Notes under the pieces: model-generated
Seen by the model: the letters and a program-made list of their open reading frames with translations, nothing else
The model's database searches: none
What the model was told of the DNA's origin: nothing
Translations under genes and position numbers: made by a program
Shown here: in pieces, positions 31,778-41,778 of the stretch
How positions within the stretch are numbered: the first letter of the stretch is position 1
How the letters are laid out: every line of letters begins with the position of its first letter
Source: Acidobacteriota bacterium
GTDB lineage: Bacteria > Acidobacteriota > Aminicenantia > UBA2199
DNA: 64,000 nt
Assembly: GCA_025456205.1 (NCBI GenBank)
Contig: JALOLA010000006.1
Location: 10,713-74,712, forward strand
Reading direction: 5' to 3'

Positions 31778-31985
31778 GGCGTCTCGTCTGCGCGAACAGG
31801 TTGTAAAAACCGGCCAGGATGCCGTAGAGGATGAAGGCCATGGTGAGCCAGGGATCGGTCTTCAGCCAGCGGTCCAGGAAATGGCCGATGACGAAGCCGA
31901 CCACGATGGAGGCGGGGAACATCAGGCCGACCGAGGAGTATTCCAGCCATTTGCTCCTGCCTTCCTTCAGGGGTGGGGCGGCCAC
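31761..31985 (-). CDS. AtpZ/AtpI family (ATPase gene 1) small membrane protein
   Basis: SSVGL...IVVG..IG..LDRWL.T.PW motif upstream of the atp genes. Confidence 0.88.
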   Translation of the reverse strand: MAAPPLKEGRSKWLEYSSVGLMFPASIVVGFVIGHFLDRWLKTDPWLTMAFILYGILAGFYNLFAQTRRHDGKK

Positions 31986-32019
31986 CGCTTACGCCGCCGG
32001 CACGGCAGCGCGGCGCCGT

Positions 32020-32376
32020 TCAGTAGTCCTCGTCCTCTTCGTCATCTTTGAGGTCGAAGCCGTCCAGGTCCTCTTCGGACTCCTCGTCGCCGAAATTCTC
32101 CTCTTCCTCGTAGTAGTTGGCGGCGTCGAAATCCTCCTCGCCGAACTCGTTCTTGCGGGTTTCGATGGTCTTGAAGAATTCGTCCTCGTCCTCGAAATGG
32201 CGGATGAAGTTCGTATCGAGCTCGCTGTAGAACAGCTCCAGATAGTCGTCCTCGATGTAGCAGAACACCGACATGTGCTCGTCGCTGTCCAGGTCGCCGA
32301 CCACTTCCACGATCTTGGTGGCCGCCGCTTTCAGCGTGTCGAGCGTCTGCCACGAGATGATTTCCAATTGTTCCAT
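32020..32376 (-). CDS. Highly acidic hypothetical protein
   Basis: AAGGAG SD, high-GC codon usage, over a third Asp/Glu. Confidence 0.75.
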   Translation of the reverse strand: MEQLEIISWQTLDTLKAAATKIVEVVGDLDSDEHMSVFCYIEDDYLELFYSELDTNFIRHFEDEDEFFKTIETRKNEFGEEDFDAANYYEEEENFGDEESEEDLDGFDLKDDEEDEDY

Positions 32377-32435
32377 CGGCGCGCACTCCTTCGAGATTTT
32401 TTATTGTCTTTATTTAAGTGGTTATAATCTTTTTG

Positions 32436-35096
32436 TCAAGTGTTTTTCAAATATTTTTTGAGATGACGGCCGGTGGGCGAGCCGCCCCGCGCCAGCAGCT
32501 GCCGCGGCGTGCCGCTGAACAGCAAGAGCCCGCCGCCGGCGCCCCCCTCGGGGCCCAGCTCGACCACGTGGTCGGCGGAGCTGATCATGGCCAAGTTGTG
32601 CTCGACGGCCACCACGGTGTTGCGCCTGGCCAGCAGCCGGCCGATGAGCTGCTGGATCACTTCGATGTCGAAAGGGTGCAGGCCGAAGGATGGCTCGTCG
32701 AGCAGGAACAGCATGCCCGAGCGCTCCTCGTTGAGGTACTTGATCAGCTTGAGCTTCTGCAGCTCGCCCGTGGAAAGGCGGGCCAGCTTCTCGCCCAGGC
32801 GCAGGTAGCCCATGCCGTTGTCGCGCAGGCCCTGCAGGGCGGAGGCGGCGGCGGGGACGTCGGCGGCGAATTCGGCGCAGAAGCCGTCGACGCTCATGGC
32901 GAGGATGTCGGCGATGCTGCGCCCGCGCTGGGTGATCTTCAGAACGTCGGGGGCGAAGCCGCTGCCGCGGCAGTGGCCGCAGGTGGAGCGCACCGCCGGC
33001 AGGAACTGCATCTCGATCTCCTGGAAGCCGCGGCCCTTGCATTCCGGGCAGCGCCCCAGGGGCGAATGGAAGGAGAAATGCCCTGCCTGGTAGCCCAGCA
33101 GGCGGCTGGGCTTGAGGGCGGCGAAGAAGTCGCGGATCGGCGCCGAGGCGTCCAGGAAGCCGGCGAGGTTGGTGTTGGCGCGCAGGGAGCGGACGCCGGG
33201 GTCGATGTGCACCTTCTCGAGGGTGCCTGAACCCTGGGGTGACGGGTGCTTAAGGAACATTTCGTCGTACAGCAGCGAGCTCTTGCCGGCGCCGCTGACG
33301 CCGACGATGACCGTCAGCGCCTGGCGGGGGATGCGCAGGTCAAAATGCTTCAGGTTATGGGCGCAGGCGTCGCTGAATTCCATAAAGCCGGCGGCGCTCT
33401 TCCTGGGGGCCCCGGGCCGGGGCCGGCGCTGGAAATGATCCTGGGTGATGGTGTCGCGCCCGGCGAAGAACGCGTCGCGGCCGCCGCTGAAGATGACGCG
33501 CCCGCCCTCGCTCCCGGCCCCCGGGCCCAGCTCGATCACCTGGTCGGCGCAGCGCACCAGCTGCGGGTTGTGCTCGACGAGGACGATGGTGTTGCCGTTG
33601 TCCTTCAGGCGGCGCAGAAAGCGGTCCATCTTGTCGTAATCGGCCGGGTGCAAGTCGGCCGAGGGCTGGTCGATGATCAGCAGGGAATCGGACAGGGTGG
33701 AGCCCATGATGAACGCCAGGTTGATGCGCTGGTGCTCGCCGCGGGACAGGGTGAATGTCGGCCGGTCCAGCTGGACGTAGTGCAGGCTGTTCTGGATCAG
33801 GAATTGCAGTTTGGCGGCGATCTCGTGAAAAACGTCGGGGGCGATGCGGTTGAGGTAATGTCGCGGGTCCAGGGCGCGGATGAAAGCGTCGGCCTCGCCG
33901 ATGGTCATGGCCAGGAAATCGGCGATGGTCCGGCCCTGGACGCGGAAGGAAAGGACCAAAGGGTTGAAGCGGCTGCCGCCGCAGGCCGGGCAGGCATGAT
34001 AGGAGGTGAAGCGGCTGAGGAAGGTGCGCGCCTGGACGCGGTACGATTTTTTGCGCAGATAGGCGAAAAGTCCTTCCAGTCCCGGGAAGCGCCCCGCGCC
34101 CCGGAGCAGGAACTCCTTGTCCGCGGCGCTGAACTCGCGCAGCGGCCGCTGCAGGTCCATGCCGGCTTTGGCGGCGTTCTTCAGGAAATAGTCGCGGTAC
34201 TCGCGGTTGGCCGGGGTGTTCAGGGGCAGGACCGCGCCCGCGGCCAGCGAGAGGCCCTCGTCGAAGACCAGGCCGGGGTCGATGGCCGTCACGTCGCCAA
34301 AGCCCTTGCATTGCGGGCAGGCGCCGCGGGCGCTGTTGAAGGAGAACAGGTTCTCGTCGGGGCTTTCATACTCCCGGCGGCAGTGCGGGCAGTACAGCGA
34401 AAAGGGGAAGGCCAGCTTTTCGCGGCCCAGGAATACGGTGAGGATGTTGCGGCTCAGGGCGATGGCGCTGTCGATGGCCTCGAATATGCGGGCGCGCTCC
34501 CCGGGGGCGTTCTCCAGCTCGTCGACAAGGACCAGCAGGGGCTTGCCCTTGCTGCCGGCATCGATGCCAACCTTTTCGCCGTCGCGAACCTGGAAGCGGT
34601 AGCCGCGGTTGGCCAGGAAGGCGATATCGCCCTGGTAAGCGAAGCAGACGCGCAGGAGGCCGCGCGGGCGCGCCAGCAGGTCCTGTACGACCTCGTCGAT
34701 GCTGAACTTGCGCACTTCATCGCCGCAGCCCGGGCAATGGAAATCGGAGATCTTGGCATAGAGGATGCGCAGGTAATCGAAGATGTCGGACGCTGTGGCC
34801 ACGATGGAGCGCGGGTTCTTGTGCGGTTTTTTCTGGCGGAAGGCGATGGCCGGCGGCAGGTTGTCGATGTGGTCGATGTCGGGCTTCTCGATCTGGTCCA
34901 AAAACTGGCGGATATAGGGCGAGATCGACTCGATATAGCGGATGTAGCCCTCCGCGTAAAGGGTGTGAAATGCCAGCGACGACTTGCCGGCGCCGCTGAC
35001 CCCGACCAGGGCCGTGATCTTTCCCAGCGGGATGGAGACGTCGATGTTCTTCAGGTTGTTGGTGCGGATGCCCTTGAGAATGATGTTTTTTTCCAT
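32436..35096 (-). CDS. uvrA: UvrA-like protein (divergent paralog)
   Basis: NNLKNIDV, two GVSGAGKS Walker A motifs, FSFNS..GACP.C.G.G zinc fingers; real start ATG 35096. Confidence 0.8.
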   Translation of the reverse strand: MEKNIILKGIRTNNLKNIDVSIPLGKITALVGVSGAGKSSLAFHTLYAEGYIRYIESISPYIRQFLDQIEKPDIDHIDNLPPAIAFRQKKPHKNPRSIVATASDIFDYLRILYAKISDFHCPGCGDEVRKFSIDEVVQDLLARPRGLLRVCFAYQGDIAFLANRGYRFQVRDGEKVGIDAGSKGKPLLVLVDELENAPGERARIFEAIDSAIALSRNILTVFLGREKLAFPFSLYCPHCRREYESPDENLFSFNSARGACPQCKGFGDVTAIDPGLVFDEGLSLAAGAVLPLNTPANREYRDYFLKNAAKAGMDLQRPLREFSAADKEFLLRGAGRFPGLEGLFAYLRKKSYRVQARTFLSRFTSYHACPACGGSRFNPLVLSFRVQGRTIADFLAMTIGEADAFIRALDPRHYLNRIAPDVFHEIAAKLQFLIQNSLHYVQLDRPTFTLSRGEHQRINLAFIMGSTLSDSLLIIDQPSADLHPADYDKMDRFLRRLKDNGNTIVLVEHNPQLVRCADQVIELGPGAGSEGGRVIFSGGRDAFFAGRDTITQDHFQRRPRPGAPRKSAAGFMEFSDACAHNLKHFDLRIPRQALTVIVGVSGAGKSSLLYDEMFLKHPSPQGSGTLEKVHIDPGVRSLRANTNLAGFLDASAPIRDFFAALKPSRLLGYQAGHFSFHSPLGRCPECKGRGFQEIEMQFLPAVRSTCGHCRGSGFAPDVLKITQRGRSIADILAMSVDGFCAEFAADVPAAASALQGLRDNGMGYLRLGEKLARLSTGELQKLKLIKYLNEERSGMLFLLDEPSFGLHPFDIEVIQQLIGRLLARRNTVVAVEHNLAMISSADHVVELGPEGGAGGGLLLFSGTPRQLLARGGSPTGRHLKKYLKNT

Positions 35097-35143
35097 GAAT
35101 GGGGGACCCGCGGCGATTATACCATGAAAGAACTCGCTGAACT

Positions 35144-35178
35144 CGGCGTGGGGCGAAGGGCGCAAGGCGTAGGGCAGA
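35144..35178 (+). repeat. Heptamer array (GGGCGNA-like, 5 units)
   Basis: cggcgtg gggcgaa gggcgca aggcgta gggcaga. Confidence 0.7.
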
Positions 35179-35179
35179 A

Positions 35180-35357
35180 AAACACTAAATTCCAAGCACC
35201 AAATCCCAAATTTCAAATAAATTCCAATTTCCAAATTCCAATGACCAAAACAAAGACCCGGCTCCATGCTGATTTCGGAGGAGCGCTTTTGTTTGGGTCA
35301 TTTGGTTATTGGTGCTTGGAGCTTGTTTGGAATTTGGTGCTTGGGATTTGGGATTTT
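35180..35357. repeat. Imperfect ~180 bp palindrome built from AAATYCC/AAGCACC heptamers
   Basis: Left arm aaattcc aagcacc aaatccc aaatttc aaat aaattcc... mirrored by ggtgctt ggagctt gttt ggaattt ggtgctt gggattt gggattt. Confidence 0.88.
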
Positions 35358-35367
35358 ATTCTTACTT

Positions 35368-35388
35368 GTCACGCGTTACGCGTCACAA
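35368..35388. repeat. Heptamer array GTYACGC (3 units)
   Basis: gtcacgc gttacgc gtcacaa; 19 nt identical to the array at 52749. Confidence 0.75.
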
Positions 35389-35393
35389 AGCGC

Positions 35394-35744
35394 TTATTTT
35401 ATTGTGAAATCGCGGTCGGAGAAATCGTTGATGCGCAGGTCGCGGAGCGAGCAGATGCGCAGGCGGTAGCGGCCGTCAACGGGCAGGCTCGCCGCTACGG
35501 TCCACTGGAATTGGCCGCTGTCCGGAACGCTGGCCGCGATGACGGCGTGCTGCTCGCCGCCCTTGAACAAAAGGATGGCCAGGCTGCCCTCGATGCCCAG
35601 GGTGCGCCACTGCACCGCCACCCGGCTGCCGCGGGCCAGCACTTCGCCGCCGTTGGGGAACTCGATGCGGATGGAGCGCTCGCCTGCGGAGAGGAGCAGG
35701 GAGAGCATGGCCAGCACGACGAACCTTCGCATGATCATCGCCAT
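35394..35744 (-). CDS. Small secreted Ig-like protein (Kre9/KNH1-like, Ser-Thr-rich GPI-anchored family domain)
   Basis: Signal peptide; PNGGE...G....W, G.F.W.V, YRLRI, D.SD..FTI. Confidence 0.7.
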   Translation of the reverse strand: MAMIMRRFVVLAMLSLLLSAGERSIRIEFPNGGEVLARGSRVAVQWRTLGIEGSLAILLFKGGEQHAVIAASVPDSGQFQWTVAASLPVDGRYRLRICSLRDLRINDFSDRDFTIK

Positions 35745-35799
35745 TAAATAAAAGATGCCTTTTTGCTATCTCACGTTTTTAAATTTTTCCCAAAAAAAA

Positions 35800-35881
35800 T
35801 ACGCCCGGAGAGACTCGAACTCCCAACGCGCAGCTTCGAAGGCTTCGAAGGCTGCCGCTCTATCCTTTGAGCTACGGGCGC
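35800..35881 (-). tRNA. tRNA-Arg(TCG) with a 9-nt duplication in the anticodon loop (possible pseudo-tRNA)
   Basis: GCGCCCG acceptor, GCTC/GAGC D stem, GCAGC-CTTCGAA-GCCTTCGAA-GCTGC anticodon arm, GGGAG-TTCGAGT-CTCTC T arm; no encoded CCA. Confidence 0.85.
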
Positions 35882-35949
35882 TTGCGCCGCTGCATTATAG
35901 CCGGATCCGCCGGCTGCGGCAATAAGCGGGGATGTGCTATAATCCACGC

Positions 35950-36816
35950 ATGCCCAAGCAAACCCCTTTCGGCCGGCCGGTGACCGAGCTGGCCAGGAAA
36001 CGCTTTTCGTGCCGCAGCTTCGACGGCCGCGGCCTGGAGCCGGAACAGCTGGAGGCCCTGGCGAATTTTCCCGTTGGCCTGGATCTGCCCTTTGCCAGCC
36101 GCCTGCGCTTCGGCGTGATCGACAGGGAGAAGGTCAGGGCGGAAAACCTGTTCTCCACCGGCAGCTACGGCATGATCAAGGGCGCGCGCTTCTACCTGGC
36201 CGCCCTGGTCGCCACGGACGCGCCGCGCCCCTGGGAGGACATCGGCTTCGCCCTGGAGACGGCGGTCCTTTACGCCACGGCGCTCGATCTGGGCAGTTGC
36301 TGGATCGGCGGCATCTTCGACCGCAAGAATTTCGCCAGGGCGCTCGCCATGAAGGCAAACGAGATGCTGCCGGCCGTGGTGGCCCTTGGCCGCCCGGCAA
36401 CCCGCCCATCCCTGCGCGACCGCCTGGTGCGCTGGAGCGCCAGGGGCAACCTGCGCAAGGATCCCGCCGGCCTTTTCTTTGCCGGCGCCTGGGGCGCGCC
36501 CTTGCCGCTCGCTGCGGCGGACCCTTGGAGCCGCGTGCTGGACTGCGTCCGCCTGGCGCCCTCGGCCTCCAACAAGCAGCCATGGCGCATCGTCCGCCAG
36601 GGCAGCGCTTTTCATTTCTTTCTCCACCGCGACAAAGCCTATGGCAAATTGATGCCTCTCGCCGACCTGCAGCGCATCGACATGGGCATCGCCATGTGCC
36701 ATTTCCAGTTCAGCGCCGCCGAGCGCGGCCTTGAAGGCGGCTGGGCCGACAATGACCCGCGGCTGCCGGATACGCCGGGCAATTTCGAATATATCGCGAG
36801 CTTTGTGGCCCGCTAG
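35950..36816 (+). CDS. Nitroreductase family protein (two domains)
   Basis: RFSCRSF, LGSCWIGG, RLAPSASNKQPW, IDMGIAMCHF. Confidence 0.9.
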   Translation: MPKQTPFGRPVTELARKRFSCRSFDGRGLEPEQLEALANFPVGLDLPFASRLRFGVIDREKVRAENLFSTGSYGMIKGARFYLAALVATDAPRPWEDIGFALETAVLYATALDLGSCWIGGIFDRKNFARALAMKANEMLPAVVALGRPATRPSLRDRLVRWSARGNLRKDPAGLFFAGAWGAPLPLAAADPWSRVLDCVRLAPSASNKQPWRIVRQGSAFHFFLHRDKAYGKLMPLADLQRIDMGIAMCHFQFSAAERGLEGGWADNDPRLPDTPGNFEYIASFVAR

Positions 36817-36851
36817 AACGGTCGGACCGTGTTTGCCGCCGCGCGGGCGTT

Positions 36852-36880
36852 TTGACACCCGCTTGGCCGGTCTTTATAAT
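36852..36880 (+). promoter_or_regulatory. Consensus sigma70 promoter
   Basis: TTGACA-N17-TATAAT, 8 nt before ATG 36889. Confidence 0.8.
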
Positions 36881-36888
36881 GGGACGGC

Positions 36889-38715
36889 ATGATCCAGTTG
36901 CATAAAGCCCCGGTTACCGGCTTGGCTGATGATCGACGCTTCGCCCGCGTCCTGGCCCTTTCGTTCCTTTTTTCCGCCCTGTATTTTACCCTCACCCACT
37001 TTAACAGCGTGGATTGCTGGTGGCACATGCGCGGCGCGGAATATTTCTGGCAGCATGGAGCGCCGCTGCTCAACGACACGCTCGCCATCCCCGGCGAAGC
37101 CCCGCTCCTGGCCCTTTACCCGAACCTGCTGCCCGGGACGATGTTCCTGCTGGCCTTCAGCGCCGGCTCGTTCCTGGGCTTGAACCTGCTGCGCATCGCC
37201 GTGTTCATGATTTTTTTAGCCGTGCTGACCTGGTCGATCTTCCGCAGGCGGAAGGATCCTTCATTGTTGCTGAGCGCCGTGGCCGTGCTGGTGCTGGCCA
37301 TGGCCGGCATGGTGGTGCTGCGTCCCGACCTGTTCAATTACGCCTATCTCGTTCTCTGGCTGCTGCTGCTCGAGCAGGCCCGGCGCCGGCCGCAGCGACT
37401 GGGGCCGCTGGCCGGCCTGGCCGTGGTGGAAATCCTGTGGGTAAACAGCCATCCCTTGTTCTTTTATTATGGATTGGGGCTCGGGCTCTTTTCGGCTTTC
37501 TTCATCGCCGGGGGGGCGAAGGTCACATTGCCCCGGTTCCGGGGCGTGCAGGTCCCCAGCCGCCTGCTCTTCCTGGCGGTGATCGGGTTGGGCTGGCTGC
37601 TGAACCCGCTGGGGTGGCAGGTGCTGCAGGGGCTGCCGGTGAACATGCTCCGCGCCGATTATGCCGCCGGCTCGATGCGCTCGACGGCCGCGGCCCTGGT
37701 CAGCGTGAACACCGCCCTCTTTTTCCTGCTTGCCATTGCGCTCCTGGCCGCCCGCCCCTGGCGGCGCCTGGCCTCCCGCGCGGACCGTCTGTGGTTTTTT
37801 GGTGCATTGCTGCTGGTGGCGGTGCCGGCGCTGCTCTACCAGCGCGCCCTGCCGTTCCTGCCGATCTTTCTCATTGTCGCCTCGGCCCTGGCCCCCGAAC
37901 CCCGGTCGCTCAACGAGCGACCGCGGCGCCGGCTGTGGGCACAGGCGCTGCTGGCCGGCCTCTGCGTCTTCCTGATGCTGGAGCGCCTGTACCTGCTCTC
38001 CCCGCGCCTAATAGGCCGGATCAACAGCGCCCTGCACGTGCAGCTGGCGGAGGAGTTCCTGCCTGCCGGCATCGGGGTCACGGCGGTCCTGCCGGAGGAG
38101 CAGGTCCGCGAGGTCGAGATCCTCAACGCCCTCGGCTGCCGCGGCAACCTGGTCAGCAACCATTTGGGCCTCTGCAGCGCCGTTACCTGGCTGGCCCGGG
38201 GACTGACCCCGTACTGGTATGGCCATGCCGCGCTGATCAACGCCCGCAGCGAGGAACTGCGCGCCTTCTTCATCGCCCTGGAAAGCAGCGATGACGCGGT
38301 CGCAAGGCGCTTCATCGACCGCTACCGCATCGACGTGGTCGCCTTGACCAACTATACCTCCCGATTCCTGGCGGCGCCCGCGCGCTTCCTGGAGCACCTG
38401 GTCCCCGTTTATTTCGACCCCTACCTCACCGTCTGCGTTCCCCGGGGCCGGCTGCGGGATGAAACACGGCGGGAACTGGGCCGTTTCTTCAGCGCCTTCT
38501 CGCCGGGAGAAAGGGACCGCCAGGCGTTCGACCCGGTCCGGCAAGTGGAGCAATACAAGCTGTTATGGCTTTCAGCGCGGATGCACGGGCTGGACGGGGA
38601 GCGCTTCCTCTTGCCGCTGCGCCGGGCGATTTCCATGGAGGAATGGCGCTCGTTCCGCCGGCAGGCCGATCCGCTGATCGAAGCCGTGCGTCGGCTGCAG
38701 CCGGAACGGGACTGA
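36889..38715 (+). CDS. Polytopic membrane protein, probable GT-C type glycosyltransferase
   Basis: DCWWHM..G, RPDLF, LWVNSH, LLNPLG motifs; many TM helices. Confidence 0.6.
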   Translation: MIQLHKAPVTGLADDRRFARVLALSFLFSALYFTLTHFNSVDCWWHMRGAEYFWQHGAPLLNDTLAIPGEAPLLALYPNLLPGTMFLLAFSAGSFLGLNLLRIAVFMIFLAVLTWSIFRRRKDPSLLLSAVAVLVLAMAGMVVLRPDLFNYAYLVLWLLLLEQARRRPQRLGPLAGLAVVEILWVNSHPLFFYYGLGLGLFSAFFIAGGAKVTLPRFRGVQVPSRLLFLAVIGLGWLLNPLGWQVLQGLPVNMLRADYAAGSMRSTAAALVSVNTALFFLLAIALLAARPWRRLASRADRLWFFGALLLVAVPALLYQRALPFLPIFLIVASALAPEPRSLNERPRRRLWAQALLAGLCVFLMLERLYLLSPRLIGRINSALHVQLAEEFLPAGIGVTAVLPEEQVREVEILNALGCRGNLVSNHLGLCSAVTWLARGLTPYWYGHAALINARSEELRAFFIALESSDDAVARRFIDRYRIDVVALTNYTSRFLAAPARFLEHLVPVYFDPYLTVCVPRGRLRDETRRELGRFFSAFSPGERDRQAFDPVRQVEQYKLLWLSARMHGLDGERFLLPLRRAISMEEWRSFRRQADPLIEAVRRLQPERD

Positions 38716-38750
38716 TCGAGCGCGGTGAAATAATGATCCTGAAAATCATT

Positions 38751-38872
38751 GGTAAACGGTTCACGGTGAACGGTTGACGGTCAGGAAAACATACCAGGTA
38801 TTCATGTAAGCTCTATGAGATCGGTTTCAGGAGGTTCTCCTTCCGTACACCGTCTACCTTCTACCTTCTACC
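38751..38872. repeat. Two facing heptamer arrays (GGTNNAN) between convergent genes
   Basis: Plus: ggtaaac ggttcac ggtgaac ggttgac ggtcagg; minus: ggtagaa ggtagaa ggtagac ggtgtac ggaagga. Confidence 0.8.
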
Positions 38873-38883
38873 GAGTTCAGCTT

Positions 38884-39996
<1,113 letters not shown>

Positions 39997-40099
39997 GTCT
40001 GTGGATCCTTGTCGTTGGTTTTTGCCATTATAGCGGGGTTGCGCAGAAAAATCCAGAGCCTCGCCCGCGGCGGGCCGGCCCCGGCAGTGGGGAAACGGA

Positions 40100-40128
40100 T
40101 TGACAGCCGGGGGCATATACTATAAAAT
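40100..40128 (+). promoter_or_regulatory. sigma70 promoter of tRNA-His
   Basis: TTGACA-N17-TAAAAT. Confidence 0.8.
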
Positions 40129-40138
40129 GCAGGGGCGC

Positions 40139-40214
40139 GGTGAGTGTAGCTCAATGGTAGAGTATCAGACTGTGGATCTGACCGCTGCGGGTTCAAGTCC
40201 CGTCACTCACCCCA
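40139..40214 (+). tRNA. tRNA-His(GTG)
   Basis: G-1, GTGAGTG/CACTCAC acceptor, TCAGA-CTGTGGA-TCTGA anticodon arm, GTTCAAGTCC, C73 and encoded CCA. Confidence 0.97.
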
Positions 40215-40315
40215 CTTCCCGCCTGCCTTTCCGGGCCTTCCCCCTCCTCCTTAGTCTGAATGGGTGTATGTTGGAGCGGGCCGGCTTTTGCCCTGAGCTT
40301 ACTTAATCGCACCGC

Positions 40316-41407
40316 TCATTCGGCGATGATGTCCACTTTTGTCGGCCGCCCGAAACGGCCGAGCATGTTGACCGGCGCCACCCACAGCGAGCTGTTCCCG
40401 CCTGCCAGCGGGACCGACAGGCTGTCGGCGCACGGCCTCCAGCTCTTTCCCCTGTCCAGGCTCAGGGCGAAGCGGTCGAAGTTGAACATGGAGCCTTCGC
40501 TGGTAAAGGTAAAAAAAGCCTGCCTTGCCTTCTTGTCGATGCGGTGCTCCACCCGGACATAATTGCAGTCGAAATAAATGTCCTCCACCCTCGATGTGAC
40601 ATGGGAATAGGGGATGCGGCCGTTGAAGGCGCCGGGGTCGATCCTTTCGTCCCTGAAGAAGAGGAACATGGCGAAGCGGTCGCCGACGGTGAGCGGCCGG
40701 GTCGAGCGCATGAGGTCCGAGCGCAGGCTCACGGCGAAATTGGCGTAGAGGTGCAGCTTATGCCGGCCGCGTTCGGCACGGGGCTCGCCGGCGGCGCGGG
40801 CCGTGGCCGGCCCCGCTCCCAGCAGGGCGGAGCGGACCTCCAGGGCGGAGGCCGGCACGCCCAACCCGGGGATCTCATAATAAATGTTCTCGGCCGGGTC
40901 GAGGACCAGCCATTTGCCGAACTGGTCCGACCAGGCCTCGACCACGAAATGGCTTTCTCCCGTGGCGCTCCACAGTTCAACGTAGCGGACGGCGAAAAAA
41001 CCCATGGCCTTAAGGACATCGGCGAGGACATAGGCGTACTGGCCGCAGAACCCGCCGGTTTTCCCCGAGCGGATGTCCGCCAGGATGTCCACGGCGTTGC
41101 TGAGGGGATAGGGGTCGGGGATGGATGTCCGCCATTGGCGATGGGTCCAGTCGCAGAGCTTCAGGAAGAGGTCAAGCTGGTCGCTGAAGCGCAGGTCCTT
41201 GAAATTTTCATCACGGCGCAGCTGCTGCAGCTTGGCTTCCCGCCAATGCTCGGGGATGAAATGGAAGTTGCTCTTTTTGGCGCTGACAGGGCTGACGTCG
41301 ATATGGATCCCCGTCTGAAAGGCCTTTCGGGATAGAAACAGGGCCGCCAGGAGCAACACCGCCGCCAGGGGCAGCAGGAGTTCAACGAAATATTTCTTCT
41401 GCTTCAT
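40316..41407 (-). CDS. Transglutaminase-like domain protein, membrane anchored
   Basis: N-terminal TM helix; GFCGQYA, SHFVVEAW, WLVLDP Cys-His-Asp triad. Confidence 0.75.
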   Translation of the reverse strand: MKQKKYFVELLLPLAAVLLLAALFLSRKAFQTGIHIDVSPVSAKKSNFHFIPEHWREAKLQQLRRDENFKDLRFSDQLDLFLKLCDWTHRQWRTSIPDPYPLSNAVDILADIRSGKTGGFCGQYAYVLADVLKAMGFFAVRYVELWSATGESHFVVEAWSDQFGKWLVLDPAENIYYEIPGLGVPASALEVRSALLGAGPATARAAGEPRAERGRHKLHLYANFAVSLRSDLMRSTRPLTVGDRFAMFLFFRDERIDPGAFNGRIPYSHVTSRVEDIYFDCNYVRVEHRIDKKARQAFFTFTSEGSMFNFDRFALSLDRGKSWRPCADSLSVPLAGGNSSLWVAPVNMLGRFGRPTKVDIIAE

Positions 41408-41524
41408 GTGTCCGCCGCCATGTCAGGAAGGGCGGCAGGCAATCACTATAGCGCATCCGCATTTTATTAGCAAAGCCCGGGCGGCTCGCGGCCGCCACGG
41501 TCCGTCGCGCTTTCCGGCCGGGGG

Positions 41525-41749
41525 CTAGAACACCAGCGGCCATTTTTTCTTGATGGCCGCCAGGTCCTTCTCCTTGGCGACGAAGCTCTGCACGTAGCCG
41601 CACTGGCCGCAGACGAAGTTGTCCAGGGCCGCGGCCCGGAAGAGCGAGACCGGGATGCAGTTGCTGTCGTGCATCCCCGATTTCCCTTTCACGCCGGCGC
41701 CGCTATAGATTTCCTTGCCGCCGCACAGCGGGCAGGTTCCGTTCATCAT
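41525..41749 (-). CDS. Small zinc-ribbon protein (74 aa)
   Basis: CPLCG...VCGQCGY; GGAGG SD before ATG 41749. Confidence 0.75.
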   Translation of the reverse strand: MMNGTCPLCGGKEIYSGAGVKGKSGMHDSNCIPVSLFRAAALDNFVCGQCGYVQSFVAKEKDLAAIKKKWPLVF

Positions 41750-41778
41750 GGTCTTCCTCCTCGTTTCGCCGATCGGGT

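Noticed and set aside
35097-35267. N-terminal extension of UvrA in the ORF track
   Set aside because: It is the translated heptamer repeat; UvrA similarity starts at ATG 35096, with a TATAAT just upstream
35136-35390. CRISPR array
   Set aside because: Units are 7 nt, tandem and degenerate, with no unique spacers and no cas genes in the window
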